Notes: generated by a model not told the origin, from the sequence alone. Shown: positions 38,157-48,289, counted from the first letter of the stretch. The stretch: DNA of 64,000 bases from Spirochaetia bacterium (GCA_963675665.1 OY776510.1:1664001-1728000), one strand, 5' to 3'. Made by a program: numbers and translations.

Positions 38157-40040
38157 TTATAGTCCGATACGGTGCTTTTCTGTCTGTACATCCGCACACC
38201 AGTTCCCGACATTCCACTTCCCGAATGCACCAAGGCCCCCAAGCTCGTTGTTTCCGTAATATACAGGTACATGCACGATAGAAAGGCCGTCGATGGCGCT
38301 GGCTTTCCTTAGGGCTTCTTCCAAGGATTCAGGTGTTCCGCCGGCAGTGAATCCTGTCACTCCTTCGACGGCTGAAGCAAGTCCGGCGTAATTAACAGCT
38401 ACTTTGTCGTCCGTCCTGTATTCGTTATCGTATTGCGCTTCCTGCAAAGATGAAATAGCTGACATCCGCCGGTTGTCGAAGAGGATGATCATGGCTTTTA
38501 GTCCGTGCTCAACAGCGTCGATGAGGATTTGGGGATTCATCATGAAGCTGCCGTCCCCGGTGAAGGCTATAGGATAATCCGGTTCCGGAACGAGCGCTGA
38601 GGCGAGCAGGGCCGATACTGCGAAGCCCATGAAGGAGGCTCCCGTATCTGTGAAAGTCCGACCGGAAATCTCATCGCAGCAGATCTGAAAGCCGTTAGCC
38701 TGGACGTCTCCCGCGTCGAAATACTTGACAGCTCCAATCGAATCAGCGAAGTCGACCGCAATTTTAATTGCTGCAGGCTGTGTCAAAAGAATTTTGCCGA
38801 ATTTCTCATCGGGGAGAGCCGGAGTTTCAAAGCGGAGTTTTTTAAATTCCTCCCATTCCCGACGTTTCTCTGCGCAGGTTTCCTGCCATGTGTTGAGCGT
38901 TCCTGAATCCTTCCCCGTCCAGGCACCAAGCACGCTGTTTAATCTGGTAAGAATTCTCTCCGCGTCTCCAGGCAATGCCAGAGTTCTGTTGTACTGGGCA
39001 AGATCATCGAGATTCGTATTAATGGAGATGATATTATTCGCTTTGGGAAAACCGGTACCCGAGCTGTCCCACTGGCATACACCCCGTGCTCCGATCGTAA
39101 CGAGGAGATCGCATTCCGTCATGGCAAAGTTTCCGCAGATTGATCCTTTAGAGCCTCCGACGGCCATATTCCTTCGGTCCGAGGAGGGAAGAAGTCCCGG
39201 AATTACCGGACCGTGAACATAAACCGCCCCTGTGAGATCGAGGAATCTCTTAAGCGTATCGGAACGTACGTTTCTGGCGCCTCCTCCGGTCTTTACAGTT
39301 ATTCGTTCGGCGTTACGAAGGAGCCTGACTGCGGGTTCAAAGGCTTTATCGTCAGCGCAGACTTGTGGAGGAATAGTCGAACGCACGGGAAACTCCAGAA
39401 GATTAACCGCACGTGATATCAGGGGCTGGATATTCATCGGCATTAGCATGTAGAAGGGTTTCTCCCCCGCCGGATTATGGACGGTCGAGGTCCCCCGTTT
39501 CAAGGCCGTGAAGATCGCTTCCGGCGTATGGAGGGTGTAGGCAGGGCCCATGGTTCCGGAAAGGCGAAGGAAAAGTTCCTGTTCCCGCCGGGGTATCTGT
39601 TGCATGTTAGGCCCTTCTCCATGGGTTGTCTCGTCACCGAAGAGGTAATAAATCCCCAGTCCGTTGGAAAGGGGAGTTAGGGAGCCTGCAAGAGCGTGAA
39701 GGGCTCCCGGGCCGATGGAAGTGAAAACTGCCGGGGTGATCCCGTAGTGCCACCGTAGGGCCGCTGCGGCATGGGAAGCCTCAACCTCGTGACGCACTTG
39801 AACGGTCTTCAAGACTCCGGCTTCTTCGTAAACACGCATCACTTCACCCAGATCGGTAGAGCCGTGCCCGAAGATGCCGATGAATGTGGTAACCCCCTGA
39901 TTTGCGAGGCCCAGGATGATTGCCTCGCTGGTGTTGAGATCCTGAAACTGATCGAGTTCACCTGCTGCGACAGCTTTTCTCAAAGTACCGTAGGTTTTCA
40001 GGGCTTCCGCCCGTTTTCTTCTGTCTGTATTCATGGTCAT
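38157..40040 (-). CDS. ThDP-dependent enzyme, IolD-like (cyclic 1,2-diketone acylhydrolase family)
   Basis: GIFGHG, RHE, TSIGPG and the ThDP motif GDGSFMM...FDN...I..LQ. Confidence 0.8.
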   Translation of the reverse strand: MTMNTDRRKRAEALKTYGTLRKAVAAGELDQFQDLNTSEAIILGLANQGVTTFIGIFGHGSTDLGEVMRVYEEAGVLKTVQVRHEVEASHAAAALRWHYGITPAVFTSIGPGALHALAGSLTPLSNGLGIYYLFGDETTHGEGPNMQQIPRREQELFLRLSGTMGPAYTLHTPEAIFTALKRGTSTVHNPAGEKPFYMLMPMNIQPLISRAVNLLEFPVRSTIPPQVCADDKAFEPAVRLLRNAERITVKTGGGARNVRSDTLKRFLDLTGAVYVHGPVIPGLLPSSDRRNMAVGGSKGSICGNFAMTECDLLVTIGARGVCQWDSSGTGFPKANNIISINTNLDDLAQYNRTLALPGDAERILTRLNSVLGAWTGKDSGTLNTWQETCAEKRREWEEFKKLRFETPALPDEKFGKILLTQPAAIKIAVDFADSIGAVKYFDAGDVQANGFQICCDEISGRTFTDTGASFMGFAVSALLASALVPEPDYPIAFTGDGSFMMNPQILIDAVEHGLKAMIILFDNRRMSAISSLQEAQYDNEYRTDDKVAVNYAGLASAVEGVTGFTAGGTPESLEEALRKASAIDGLSIVHVPVYYGNNELGGLGAFGKWNVGNWCADVQTEKHRIGL

Positions 40041-40675
40041 TCTCCCCGGCCCAATCTGAATTCAAGGGCCTGCCGCAGTTCGTTGTCCTCGATAGTGTCC
40101 GGTTGAAGCAGTTCTGCGATACCGGGATAGGTAAGGCATCTGTTCAGTATATCTTCCGGCATCTTCATGACTATTTCGGGAAACGGCCTGTGACCAAGGA
40201 TTGAAAGGTCCGACAGGTTTTTCCGTGATTGCGCCTGGGATTCCTTCCTGTGCGACGGATAACCACAGCCCCGTTCGACACTGAAGAAACGGTCGAATAT
40301 GAAGTTCAGATTGACATCTGCTGCCCAGCCGTAGCCCTGGTTGAGTGCCAGTGCCACAGCATTGCCCCCGTTGATCTGGGCGAACAGCCATGCGTCCAGG
40401 CTGTCGAGGATGTGTCCGCAGAAAACACCGGGATACTGCATCGCCGAATTTAGGTATCCCTGACCGGTTCCACAGCCTCCCACAACGAAATCAACCCGTC
40501 CGGCATTAAGAAGCAGAGCGGTAAGAAAACCGGTATGGATATAGGTCAGTTCCGGCAGAGCTCCATTTTTCGTCATTCCCGCGTTGACAATCTTATGCCC
40601 GCGACCTTCCAGCGCTGTAACTACTGCAGCGTTTTTGTCTGCGGAACTCGTTTCGTTAATGACAGCTATTGTCAT
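40037..40675 (-). CDS. RpiB/LacAB family isomerase, DhuI-like long form
   Basis: IAVINE.S..KN, LTYI..G, GCGTGQG, DAWLFAQINGGN, GYGWAA..NL and GCGYP motifs. Confidence 0.85.
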   Translation of the reverse strand: MTIAVINETSSADKNAAVVTALEGRGHKIVNAGMTKNGALPELTYIHTGFLTALLLNAGRVDFVVGGCGTGQGYLNSAMQYPGVFCGHILDSLDAWLFAQINGGNAVALALNQGYGWAADVNLNFIFDRFFSVERGCGYPSHRKESQAQSRKNLSDLSILGHRPFPEIVMKMPEDILNRCLTYPGIAELLQPDTIEDNELRQALEFRLGRGE

Positions 40676-40687
40676 GGCAATTCCTCC

Positions 40688-41632
40688 TTATTTTCGACCC
40701 AGGATGCGTTTTACAGCTTCCTCAATATTTTCTGTATTGATACCCAGGCTGCTGAAGATTTCCTCGTTTTCTCCCGATTCCATGAAGATATCCGGGAATC
40801 CGAGGCGTGTGAGGAAGCAGGGCTGGTGTTCCGAGAGGACCTCCGCAACCGCTCCCCCAAGACCTCCGATTATGCTGTGGTTCTCCACAGTAATAATGTG
40901 TCCGCAGTCTCTTGCCGCCCGGATGATAATATCCTTGTCCAGGGGCTTGATAGTCCCCATGTGAATGACACGGACCCTGATACCCCTCCGCTCCAGGTTT
41001 TCTGCTGCCGTCAGCGCTTTCGGAGTCATCATGCCTGTAGATACGACGGCAATATCGTTTCCGGTATGGATTTCAAGTCCCTTTCCCAGTTCCATCTTGT
41101 AGGACTCCGGAAAGATTACAGGGACGGGGCACCGGACGGTTCTGATATACACGGGACCCGGTGTTTTAAGGGCGAGCATGACGGCACTGCGGGTTTCCAC
41201 CGGGTCTGCAGGAATCAGAACCTTCATATTGGGCATGGCCCTCATAACGGCAATATCCTCCACGGAAGAATGTGTCGCTCCGGCTTTTCCCGTTGGCAAT
41301 CCGCCATAAGCACCGTTGAGTTTAACGTTTAGCGCCGGATAGGCAACGGAAACCCGTATCTGGTCGGCGGCCCGTTTTGCAAGGAATACGGCAAAGGTTG
41401 ACACGAATGGCGTCCAGCCATTGGTAGAAATACCCGCCGCCATTCCCACCATATTGGCTTCAGCTATACCGCACTGGTAAAACCTGTCCGGATAAGCTTC
41501 CTTGAAAAAGTGTGTCTGGGTAGAAGCATTGACATCCGCATCGAATACCAGGAGGTTTTTGAATTCCTCTGCCGCTTCCACCAGGGCTTTCCCAAAGGCC
41601 ACCCGAGAAGCGATCATATCACCTATTTTCAT
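40688..41632 (-). CDS. Transketolase, C-terminal subunit (split)
   Basis: DAD...ST, GIAEANM..AAG, RAADQIR, GATHSSVED and ENHSIIGGLG motifs; GAGGAGG RBS before ATG 41632. Confidence 0.92.
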   Translation of the reverse strand: MKIGDMIASRVAFGKALVEAAEEFKNLLVFDADVNASTQTHFFKEAYPDRFYQCGIAEANMVGMAAGISTNGWTPFVSTFAVFLAKRAADQIRVSVAYPALNVKLNGAYGGLPTGKAGATHSSVEDIAVMRAMPNMKVLIPADPVETRSAVMLALKTPGPVYIRTVRCPVPVIFPESYKMELGKGLEIHTGNDIAVVSTGMMTPKALTAAENLERRGIRVRVIHMGTIKPLDKDIIIRAARDCGHIITVENHSIIGGLGGAVAEVLSEHQPCFLTRLGFPDIFMESGENEEIFSSLGINTENIEEAVKRILGRK

Positions 41633-42467
41633 TACATGCCTCCTCAATGATGTTCAGTTCGGTCATGGCAGCTTTGTATTCGGTGTCGTTCGGGGATTTG
41701 CCGTGCCAGATATATTTCCCTTCCATGAAAGACACTCCTTTGCCTTTAACTGTATGAGCCAGAACCATGACTGGCCCCGATTTGGCGATTTCACAGGCTT
41801 TTTCCAGAGTCGGCACCAGTTCAGCCATATTATGACCATCACATTCCAGCACGCTCCAGCCGAAAGCCCTCCACTTGTCCCCTATCGGCTCGAGATCGGA
41901 GGTGCCCTTTACCGTATCAGCCAGCTGGACTTTATTGTAATCCGTTATGGCTATAAGTTGTTGTATACGGTGTGAACCTGCATATAGAGCCGCTTCCCAT
42001 ACCTGGCCTTCCTGCATCTCGCCATCGCCGAGAAGAACAAAAACCCTGTATTCCTCTTTATTACGTGCTGCACTCAGTGCCATTCCTATCCCCAGGGAGA
42101 TTCCCTGTCCAAGGGAGCCTGTGGAAATATCAACCCCGGGAGTCTTATGCATATCCGGGTGGCCCTGTAATCTGCTTCCGTACCGGTCGAAGGTGTTTAG
42201 TTCCTCCTCTGGGAAAAACCCCCGCAGAGCCAGGACCGAATAATAACCGGGAGTGGCATGACCTTTGGAAAGAATGAACCGGTCACGTCCTTGTTTATGG
42301 GGAATTCGAGGATCAATCCGCATTATGTGAAAATACAAGGCTGTCAGAATATCCGCTTCTGACAGGGAGCCGCCAGTGTGCCCGCAGCCTGCTGTATGTG
42401 TGGTTTGCAGGATGGATCGACGAACCTGGATGGCTGTTTTTTCAAGTTTGTGAATAGTATTAATCAA
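41619..42467 (-). CDS. Transketolase, N-terminal subunit (split)
   Basis: GHTGGSLS, RDRFILSKGH, LQGHP, STGSLGQG, GDGE.QEG..WEA and HTVKGKG motifs. Confidence 0.93.
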   Translation of the reverse strand: MINTIHKLEKTAIQVRRSILQTTHTAGCGHTGGSLSEADILTALYFHIMRIDPRIPHKQGRDRFILSKGHATPGYYSVLALRGFFPEEELNTFDRYGSRLQGHPDMHKTPGVDISTGSLGQGISLGIGMALSAARNKEEYRVFVLLGDGEMQEGQVWEAALYAGSHRIQQLIAITDYNKVQLADTVKGTSDLEPIGDKWRAFGWSVLECDGHNMAELVPTLEKACEIAKSGPVMVLAHTVKGKGVSFMEGKYIWHGKSPNDTEYKAAMTELNIIEEACNENR

Positions 42468-42489
42468 AATAGTAACTCCTTATATGATC

Positions 42490-42502
42490 AATATGCGTAT
42501 TA
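42490..42502. promoter_or_regulatory. Candidate IclR operator half-site
   Basis: AATATGCGTATTA; its exact reverse complement lies at 43932-43944. Confidence 0.5.
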
Positions 42503-42586
42503 TGAAGTATTAATGCGGATAATGCAATACAAAATTAAAAAAAATAGGATATTGTGCCCAATAAAATAATTCTTTATAATGTTGAC

Positions 42587-43363
42587 ATGAGTGCTGAAGA
42601 GACATCTATCATACAATCAGTCGACAGAGCAATGATTCTTCTTAAAGCCGTTGCTTCGAATCCTCAGAAAGGGAAAACACTAAACGAGTTAACCGCTTTT
42701 CTTGGAATTGACAGGAGTTCAATTTTCAGATCCTTGACAACCCTTATTAAGCACAATCTTGTAAGACAAGATAAAGCTACTAAATGTTATAAACTGGGAT
42801 ACGGCGTATTTCAGCTTGCTGGTGCTCTGCGTGTACAGGACAAACTCACTGAAGTGGCCAGACCTTTCCTCGTCAAACTGGTGGAAAAAATCGGTGAAAA
42901 TGCTCACCTTGCAGTTCGGTCGGGTAATTTATCAGTTTTCATAGATCGCGAACAGGGAAATAAAACATTGACCGCGAATACCGACCTGGGAGGTACTGAA
43001 GAATTATATTGTACTGCAGTTGGCAGGTGTCTTATATGTAACATGAATATGGAACAATTACACGAACTTTACTCACCTGGTGAATTTAGGGCTTATACTG
43101 AAAATACAATTATCAGTTATGAACAACTGTATGAAGAACTCTGTAATGTAAGAGAAACGGGATTTGCAGTGGATAATGAAGAATATGAATATAATATTAT
43201 TTGCTTGGCTGGTCCCATATATAATTTTGAAAATAAAATAGAAGCAGCTATTGGTGTTTCCGGACCGAAGTTGAGAATTAAAAATAGAATTGATGAAATT
43301 GGTTCTTATATAAAGGAATTAAGCGAGGAGTTGAGTGCTCTTCGAGGATATCAAGGAATATAA
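42587..43363 (+). CDS. IclR family transcriptional regulator (probably leaderless)
   Basis: IQSVDRA, HTH with SSIFR.L.TL, YCTAVGR and GFAVDNEE motifs; TATAAT at 42575 just before the ATG. Confidence 0.92.
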   Translation: MSAEETSIIQSVDRAMILLKAVASNPQKGKTLNELTAFLGIDRSSIFRSLTTLIKHNLVRQDKATKCYKLGYGVFQLAGALRVQDKLTEVARPFLVKLVEKIGENAHLAVRSGNLSVFIDREQGNKTLTANTDLGGTEELYCTAVGRCLICNMNMEQLHELYSPGEFRAYTENTIISYEQLYEELCNVRETGFAVDNEEYEYNIICLAGPIYNFENKIEAAIGVSGPKLRIKNRIDEIGSYIKELSEELSALRGYQGI

Positions 43364-43924
43364 TATATTGAATCCAATTACAGCTGAAGAAAGTTGTTGA
43401 CGGAGTAATTAATGAAAACTTTATACTGTGCCTGATTAAACAGCTATCATCAAATGATGTTAGTGCAGAGCACCCCTCCCTCATAATTGTCCTTTCTGTG
43501 TATTTCGATGGTATTACACTGGAGCGGATCAGTCAGGAATATCATTGTTCTGACTGTAATAGTCGTTTCTGATGCCAATTGATGCCGGGCTGAGACATAT
43601 AAAAGTACCGCTGATACTTCCACCACATTTATGCTGTAGAAATCCTGCTTCACTTAACCCTTTGTGGATTGTTTTGGTTGAATGGGGCATGGTCTTTTCT
43701 CGTTTGATCCATAACTGCCGTAAGGCGGTTCCTTCGATAGCTTTTAATTTGGTTTGCTCATTCTCCCTGATCTTGTAGATTTAGGGCTGCAGAGCGTCTC
43801 TGTCCTTTTTCTGTTAAAAAATATAAATATAACTTGCATAATACGAAAAGCCATGTCATAATAAGCAACAGATGGGTTTCTTATAATCATTGAATAAGGT
43901 TAAAATGAGAAATTGTATATTTGC

Positions 43925-43944
43925 TGTGTATTAATACGCATATT
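43925..43944. promoter_or_regulatory. Candidate IclR operator upstream of the ABC operon
   Basis: Near-perfect palindrome TGTGTATTAATACGCA at 43925-43940. Confidence 0.55.
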
Positions 43945-44026
43945 TTTTAAAGGAGGTGAGATCTTTTAGGGTAAGTATTAGTATTCTATTTTGATTAATT
44001 CTAAACTAATTTATTGGAGGATGTTA

Positions 44027-45448
44027 ATGAAATCTACAATTCGGAAAAATTTTTTTATGATTATTGTATTATTATTTATTTCTGTATCAATATGGGCTGG
44101 AGGAAAGCAAGAGGGAAAAGCTGTAATAGAAGACGACATTGACCAGAATGTTGAGTACATAACAGGTACATACCCGCCTCTTATAGCAGACAAGCCTTTT
44201 GCCGGAACCGTAATCACTTTTCCCGCCTTAAAGGGATGGGCGAGTTTTCAGCCGGCAATGGATCTGACTCCTGAATTTGAGGAAATGACAGGGATAACGA
44301 TACACTATGTTGAATTGCCTGGTTCAGAAATAATATCAAAACAGCTCTTGGAATTGTCACAAGGTATGAAAACTTTCGACTTTGTGCATTCCTGGGCCAG
44401 TGCATATGGCAAGTTTTTTGATTATGTTGTCCCAATTGATAACCGAATAATCCGGGATTGGGGTAGTGTGGATACATATTTGGATTCCTTCTTTGAACTT
44501 CATCAAAATACCAAGGGAGAGGATGGGAAGTTTTATTGGACTCCTTTCCATGCAAACACACAAATCTGTACGTATCAAGTAAGATTATTCGAAGATCCCA
44601 AAGAGCAAAAAGCTTTCAAGGACTTATATGGTTATGAGCTTGCTCCTCCGGAAACTTTTGAACAATTCATTGATATTGCATCATTTTTTAATCGTCCGGA
44701 GGAAGGGCTTTACGGATTCGCTGCGAATTGGGTAGGCGGAGATGGAAATTGCTCATTTCTTCATTATTATTTAGCCTCAGGATTCGATTTGCTTGATAAC
44801 AACTATATGCCGACAATGCGAAGTCCGGAGGGTAGGGCTGCTGCTTTAAAAATTGCCCGATGGATGCAGGACTCTATATATAAAGATGGTTATACCGCAC
44901 CAGACTCTATCTCTTTTTCTACCGGACAAATTTTTGATTATTTTTATAGTGGTTCCTGTGCTATAGCGTTTGGATGGCTATCAGATTATTGGTCGTTTAT
45001 TCAGGATAATAAATCCACCAGTAGTATAGGGGATATTGGAGCTTTTGCTTTACCTTCACCGACGGGTGCGAAATCAGGGGGATATGCATCATGGCATGTT
45101 CTTGGACTGAATAAATATTCCGAAAAAAAGGATGCCTGCTGGGAATTCATAAAGTGGTTATTAAATGAAAAGCAGCAACTGGCAATGGCGGGAGGACAGC
45201 TGCCTCCAATAAAAGAAATTGCTTATAAGACGTCTGTAGAGCCCGGTGGTATTGACCCAAAAGCACTATATGATGCATTTTATTACGCTCATCTTCCTTA
45301 TCAAATTCCTGAGTTGTCATTGATCACCACACGAGCAGAAGAATTATTGACTTCTCTTTTAGCAAACATGATGACACCCGAAGCATTTGTCGATGAGTTT
45401 GTAATAGAGATTGAAGAAAAACTGATAGAGTATGGATATATAAAATGA
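44027..45448 (+). CDS. Carbohydrate ABC transporter substrate-binding protein (CUT1)
   Basis: GGAGG RBS; AGGKQE after the leader; FEEMTGI, F...YGYELAPPET, and AC(W)EFIKWL motifs. Confidence 0.88.
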   Translation: MKSTIRKNFFMIIVLLFISVSIWAGGKQEGKAVIEDDIDQNVEYITGTYPPLIADKPFAGTVITFPALKGWASFQPAMDLTPEFEEMTGITIHYVELPGSEIISKQLLELSQGMKTFDFVHSWASAYGKFFDYVVPIDNRIIRDWGSVDTYLDSFFELHQNTKGEDGKFYWTPFHANTQICTYQVRLFEDPKEQKAFKDLYGYELAPPETFEQFIDIASFFNRPEEGLYGFAANWVGGDGNCSFLHYYLASGFDLLDNNYMPTMRSPEGRAAALKIARWMQDSIYKDGYTAPDSISFSTGQIFDYFYSGSCAIAFGWLSDYWSFIQDNKSTSSIGDIGAFALPSPTGAKSGGYASWHVLGLNKYSEKKDACWEFIKWLLNEKQQLAMAGGQLPPIKEIAYKTSVEPGGIDPKALYDAFYYAHLPYQIPELSLITTRAEELLTSLLANMMTPEAFVDEFVIEIEEKLIEYGYIK

Positions 45449-46341
45449 GTTCCTTTATCAATAAGAAATTCAGTTTTTGGGTAGGGCTATTATTAGCCCT
45501 ACCATTTATTTACTTAGGATTTTTCTATTTTATGCCAATAATACGACTTGTGATTTTAAGCTTATTAAGATATGAACCGGCTTATGGTGTAAAGAAGTTT
45601 ATTGGAATAAAAAATTATTTGGATATATTTACGGATCTGAATAACATCAAAGTTATTTTTAGAACATTCCTGTATACCGGAATTTGTGTGTTTTTCTCCT
45701 TTTCCTTCGGATTGCTGTTTGCTCAGTATACAATTACATTAAACGATACATTCTCTGATAAATTGAGTACAACGTTTAGGCAAATTATTATTTTGCCTAT
45801 GATTCTTATACCCGCAGCAGCAGGCGTATTATGGGCTTTTGCATATACAGAACATTACGGATGGGTAAATCACATTCTATCGGGATTAGGTATGAAGACT
45901 TTTCCCTGGCTGGTCTCGAATAAGGCTTTTTATTTGGTAATGCTGGCTGATATTTGGGGATGGACGCCTTTCATGTATTTAATTTTATTAGCAGGTTTAC
46001 AATCAATGAACAGAGAGCCAATTGAAGCGGCTAAAGTTGACGGGGCTTCTCCAATGCAAACTTTCTTTCTGGTTATTTTGCCGATACTTCGTCCAATTAT
46101 TAGTATCGCCTTGGTAATTAAAATATTAGATACTTACAGAGCCTTTGACTACCTATGGATTATGACCAAGGGAGGGCCCGGTGATCTATCAACAACTTTA
46201 AATATTATAACTTATAAAACTGCATTCCTGAATCTGAAGTTCGGTAAGGCCAGTACATATGGCGTTATCACTCTGCTTTTTCCTCTTGTTTTTATAAACA
46301 TTTTTTTATTATTACAGCGAAATAAAAAAGGAACAGATTAG
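45445..46341 (+). CDS. Carbohydrate ABC permease (MalF-like)
   Basis: F.G..NY, W..TPF.Y..LLAGLQ, EAAKVDGA and T.GGPG motifs. Confidence 0.92.
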   Translation: MSSFINKKFSFWVGLLLALPFIYLGFFYFMPIIRLVILSLLRYEPAYGVKKFIGIKNYLDIFTDLNNIKVIFRTFLYTGICVFFSFSFGLLFAQYTITLNDTFSDKLSTTFRQIIILPMILIPAAAGVLWAFAYTEHYGWVNHILSGLGMKTFPWLVSNKAFYLVMLADIWGWTPFMYLILLAGLQSMNREPIEAAKVDGASPMQTFFLVILPILRPIISIALVIKILDTYRAFDYLWIMTKGGPGDLSTTLNIITYKTAFLNLKFGKASTYGVITLLFPLVFINIFLLLQRNKKGTD

Positions 46342-47187
46342 ATGAATAAGAAAGGATTCAAGAAAATATTATTATTGATACCATTTTTAATTATTGTAAT
46401 ATATACAATTTTCCCTTTTCTATGGTTTTTTATCGCTTCATTATCAAAGCCCGGGACTATTCCTAAAACATTATCACTACCGGACAGGCTAAGTTTCGAT
46501 GCATATTTTGCAGTGTTATCAAAAAGGTTTCAAATTGAAAACGGTTCAAACATTTGTATAACTTCGAATATTCTGAATTCGATTATTGTAGCGGCGCTAA
46601 CAGTTATTCTGTGCCTTTTGATTTCTATTGGAGCTGCTTATGTATTTTCCAGATATAATAGAAGATATATTAAATTCGGATTCAACTCTCTTCTTGTAAT
46701 AAGAATGACACCAAGTATTTCATTAACTATACCAATATTTTTATTCTTTGCAAAATTAAATATTGTTGATAAATATATTGGCCTTGTTCTAATACATACT
46801 CTTCTCAATATGCCGCTTGCAATTTGGATGATAAAAGGTTTTATTGATGCAATTCCCATCGAACTTGAAGAACAAGCGTATATAGACGGGTCTTCATTTA
46901 TGAATATATTAATTAAAATAATTATCCCGTTAGCCGCTCCGGGAATTGCGGTTTCCGCATGTTTCATCTTTCTTGGAAGTTTTAATGAATATTTATTCTC
47001 GATTGTATTATCAAGAGGTTCTATTGATACACTTCCTTTAGCGATTGCATCTTTTCAGGCGGATCATAAGGTCTTCTATAATGAGATGGCCGCGGCTACT
47101 TTTATTTCCATGATTCCTTTGACATTGTTCTTTTATTTAATGGGCAAGAATATAGTTAAAGGTATCAGCATGGGAGCAGTAAAATAA
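46342..47187 (+). CDS. Carbohydrate ABC permease (MalG-like)
   Basis: NSIIVA, IPIELEEQAYIDG, PLAAPG, TLP and GAVK motifs. Confidence 0.92.
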   Translation: MNKKGFKKILLLIPFLIIVIYTIFPFLWFFIASLSKPGTIPKTLSLPDRLSFDAYFAVLSKRFQIENGSNICITSNILNSIIVAALTVILCLLISIGAAYVFSRYNRRYIKFGFNSLLVIRMTPSISLTIPIFLFFAKLNIVDKYIGLVLIHTLLNMPLAIWMIKGFIDAIPIELEEQAYIDGSSFMNILIKIIIPLAAPGIAVSACFIFLGSFNEYLFSIVLSRGSIDTLPLAIASFQADHKVFYNEMAAATFISMIPLTLFFYLMGKNIVKGISMGAVK

Positions 47188-47224
47188 CTTTATATTCGAA
47201 AATAATTATTTTGGAGGAATAAAT

Positions 47225-48289
47225 ATGAATACGAAGGTGAAGGTCGGAATAGTAGGCCTTGGAAGGATATTTGATTTAAATTGTAAAGGATATTTAGATG
47301 CTGAAAACGCAGAGGTTGTTGCTCTATGCGAAAATAATAAAGAGTCATTAGAAAAACGAGGACTAATTTTCCCTTCGGCAAGAAAATATGAGTCTTTTGA
47401 AGATTTTCTGCAGGAAGATTTAGATATTGTTGAGATATTAACCCCTCATATAGTCCATAAAGATATGGTTATAAAAAGCCTGAAGTCCGGGAAAAATGTT
47501 AGTGTACAGAAACCCATGGCAATGAATGTGAAAGAAGCAGAACTGATGGTAGCGACAGCAAAAGAGGAAAATAAAATATTAAAAGTATTTGAAAATTTCA
47601 TCTTTTATCCCCCACTGGTCAAGGCAAAAGCACTTCTGGATGATGGGTATATTGGGAAACCGATTCATTTCAGAATTCAATTCATTTCCGGATATAGCCA
47701 ATATGCCTGGAATGTACCGGTTCAAACATCTAAATGGAGGACTGAATTATTTAAACAAAAGAAGGCCGGGCCGTTAGTCTTTGATGACGGTCATCATTTA
47801 TTAGCTGTGGCATTATGGCTTTTCGGCGATCCAAATGAAGTATTTTGCACTATAGATTCAACTGAAGAAAAAAGTGGGAAAGTGTATGATGCTCCAGCTA
47901 CTATTGTATGGAAGCATAAAAATCCAAAGGTACATGGTGTTTGTACATTTAGCCGTTCCGAGAAATTTCTGATGAACAGTAAATATTATGCCTGTAATGA
48001 AAAATTTGAAATTATTGGCGAGAAAGGAATTATTATTGTTAACAGGGCAAGTGGGAAGTTTATTAATGAACCGGTTATAAGAATATATAAAGATGGGAAA
48101 ATTGAAGACTTCCATGATATTGAAGATGACTGGGGAAAGAGTTTTTATTATTCAACGAGGAATTTTTTAGATTTTTTCTCCGGTAAGACTAATAAATATG
48201 AATTAACAGGAGAACAAGGTCTGGAGGTTATGAAATTTCTTGATATGGTTCAAGAATCTTCAATTACAAAGAAAGCAGTAGTACAATAG
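47225..48289 (+). CDS. Gfo/Idh/MocA family oxidoreductase
   Basis: GIVGLGRI, ILTPH..H, VQKP, G.IG and GPLVFDDGHH motifs. Confidence 0.9.
   Translation: MNTKVKVGIVGLGRIFDLNCKGYLDAENAEVVALCENNKESLEKRGLIFPSARKYESFEDFLQEDLDIVEILTPHIVHKDMVIKSLKSGKNVSVQKPMAMNVKEAELMVATAKEENKILKVFENFIFYPPLVKAKALLDDGYIGKPIHFRIQFISGYSQYAWNVPVQTSKWRTELFKQKKAGPLVFDDGHHLLAVALWLFGDPNEVFCTIDSTEEKSGKVYDAPATIVWKHKNPKVHGVCTFSRSEKFLMNSKYYACNEKFEIIGEKGIIIVNRASGKFINEPVIRIYKDGKIEDFHDIEDDWGKSFYYSTRNFLDFFSGKTNKYELTGEQGLEVMKFLDMVQESSITKKAVVQ

Noticed and set aside
40535-41332. 265-aa plus-strand ORF and other long antisense ORFs (e.g. 1497..1991, 9461..10018, 12126..12719)
   Set aside because: They overlap well-supported genes on the opposite strand and have no recognisable motifs; treated as shadow ORFs.
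40037-42467. Sulfoglycolytic transketolase or apiose pathway
   Set aside because: Split transketolase plus RpiB resembles these, but no sulfoquinovosidase, SQ isomerase, sulfonate exporter or apulose kinase is in the operon, and neither pathway uses an IolD-like enzyme.
43380-43800. Possible transposase or gene remnant between iclR and the ABC operon
   Set aside because: Looks like decayed coding DNA (minus strand KAIEGT...IHKGL), but no motif was strong enough to name a family.
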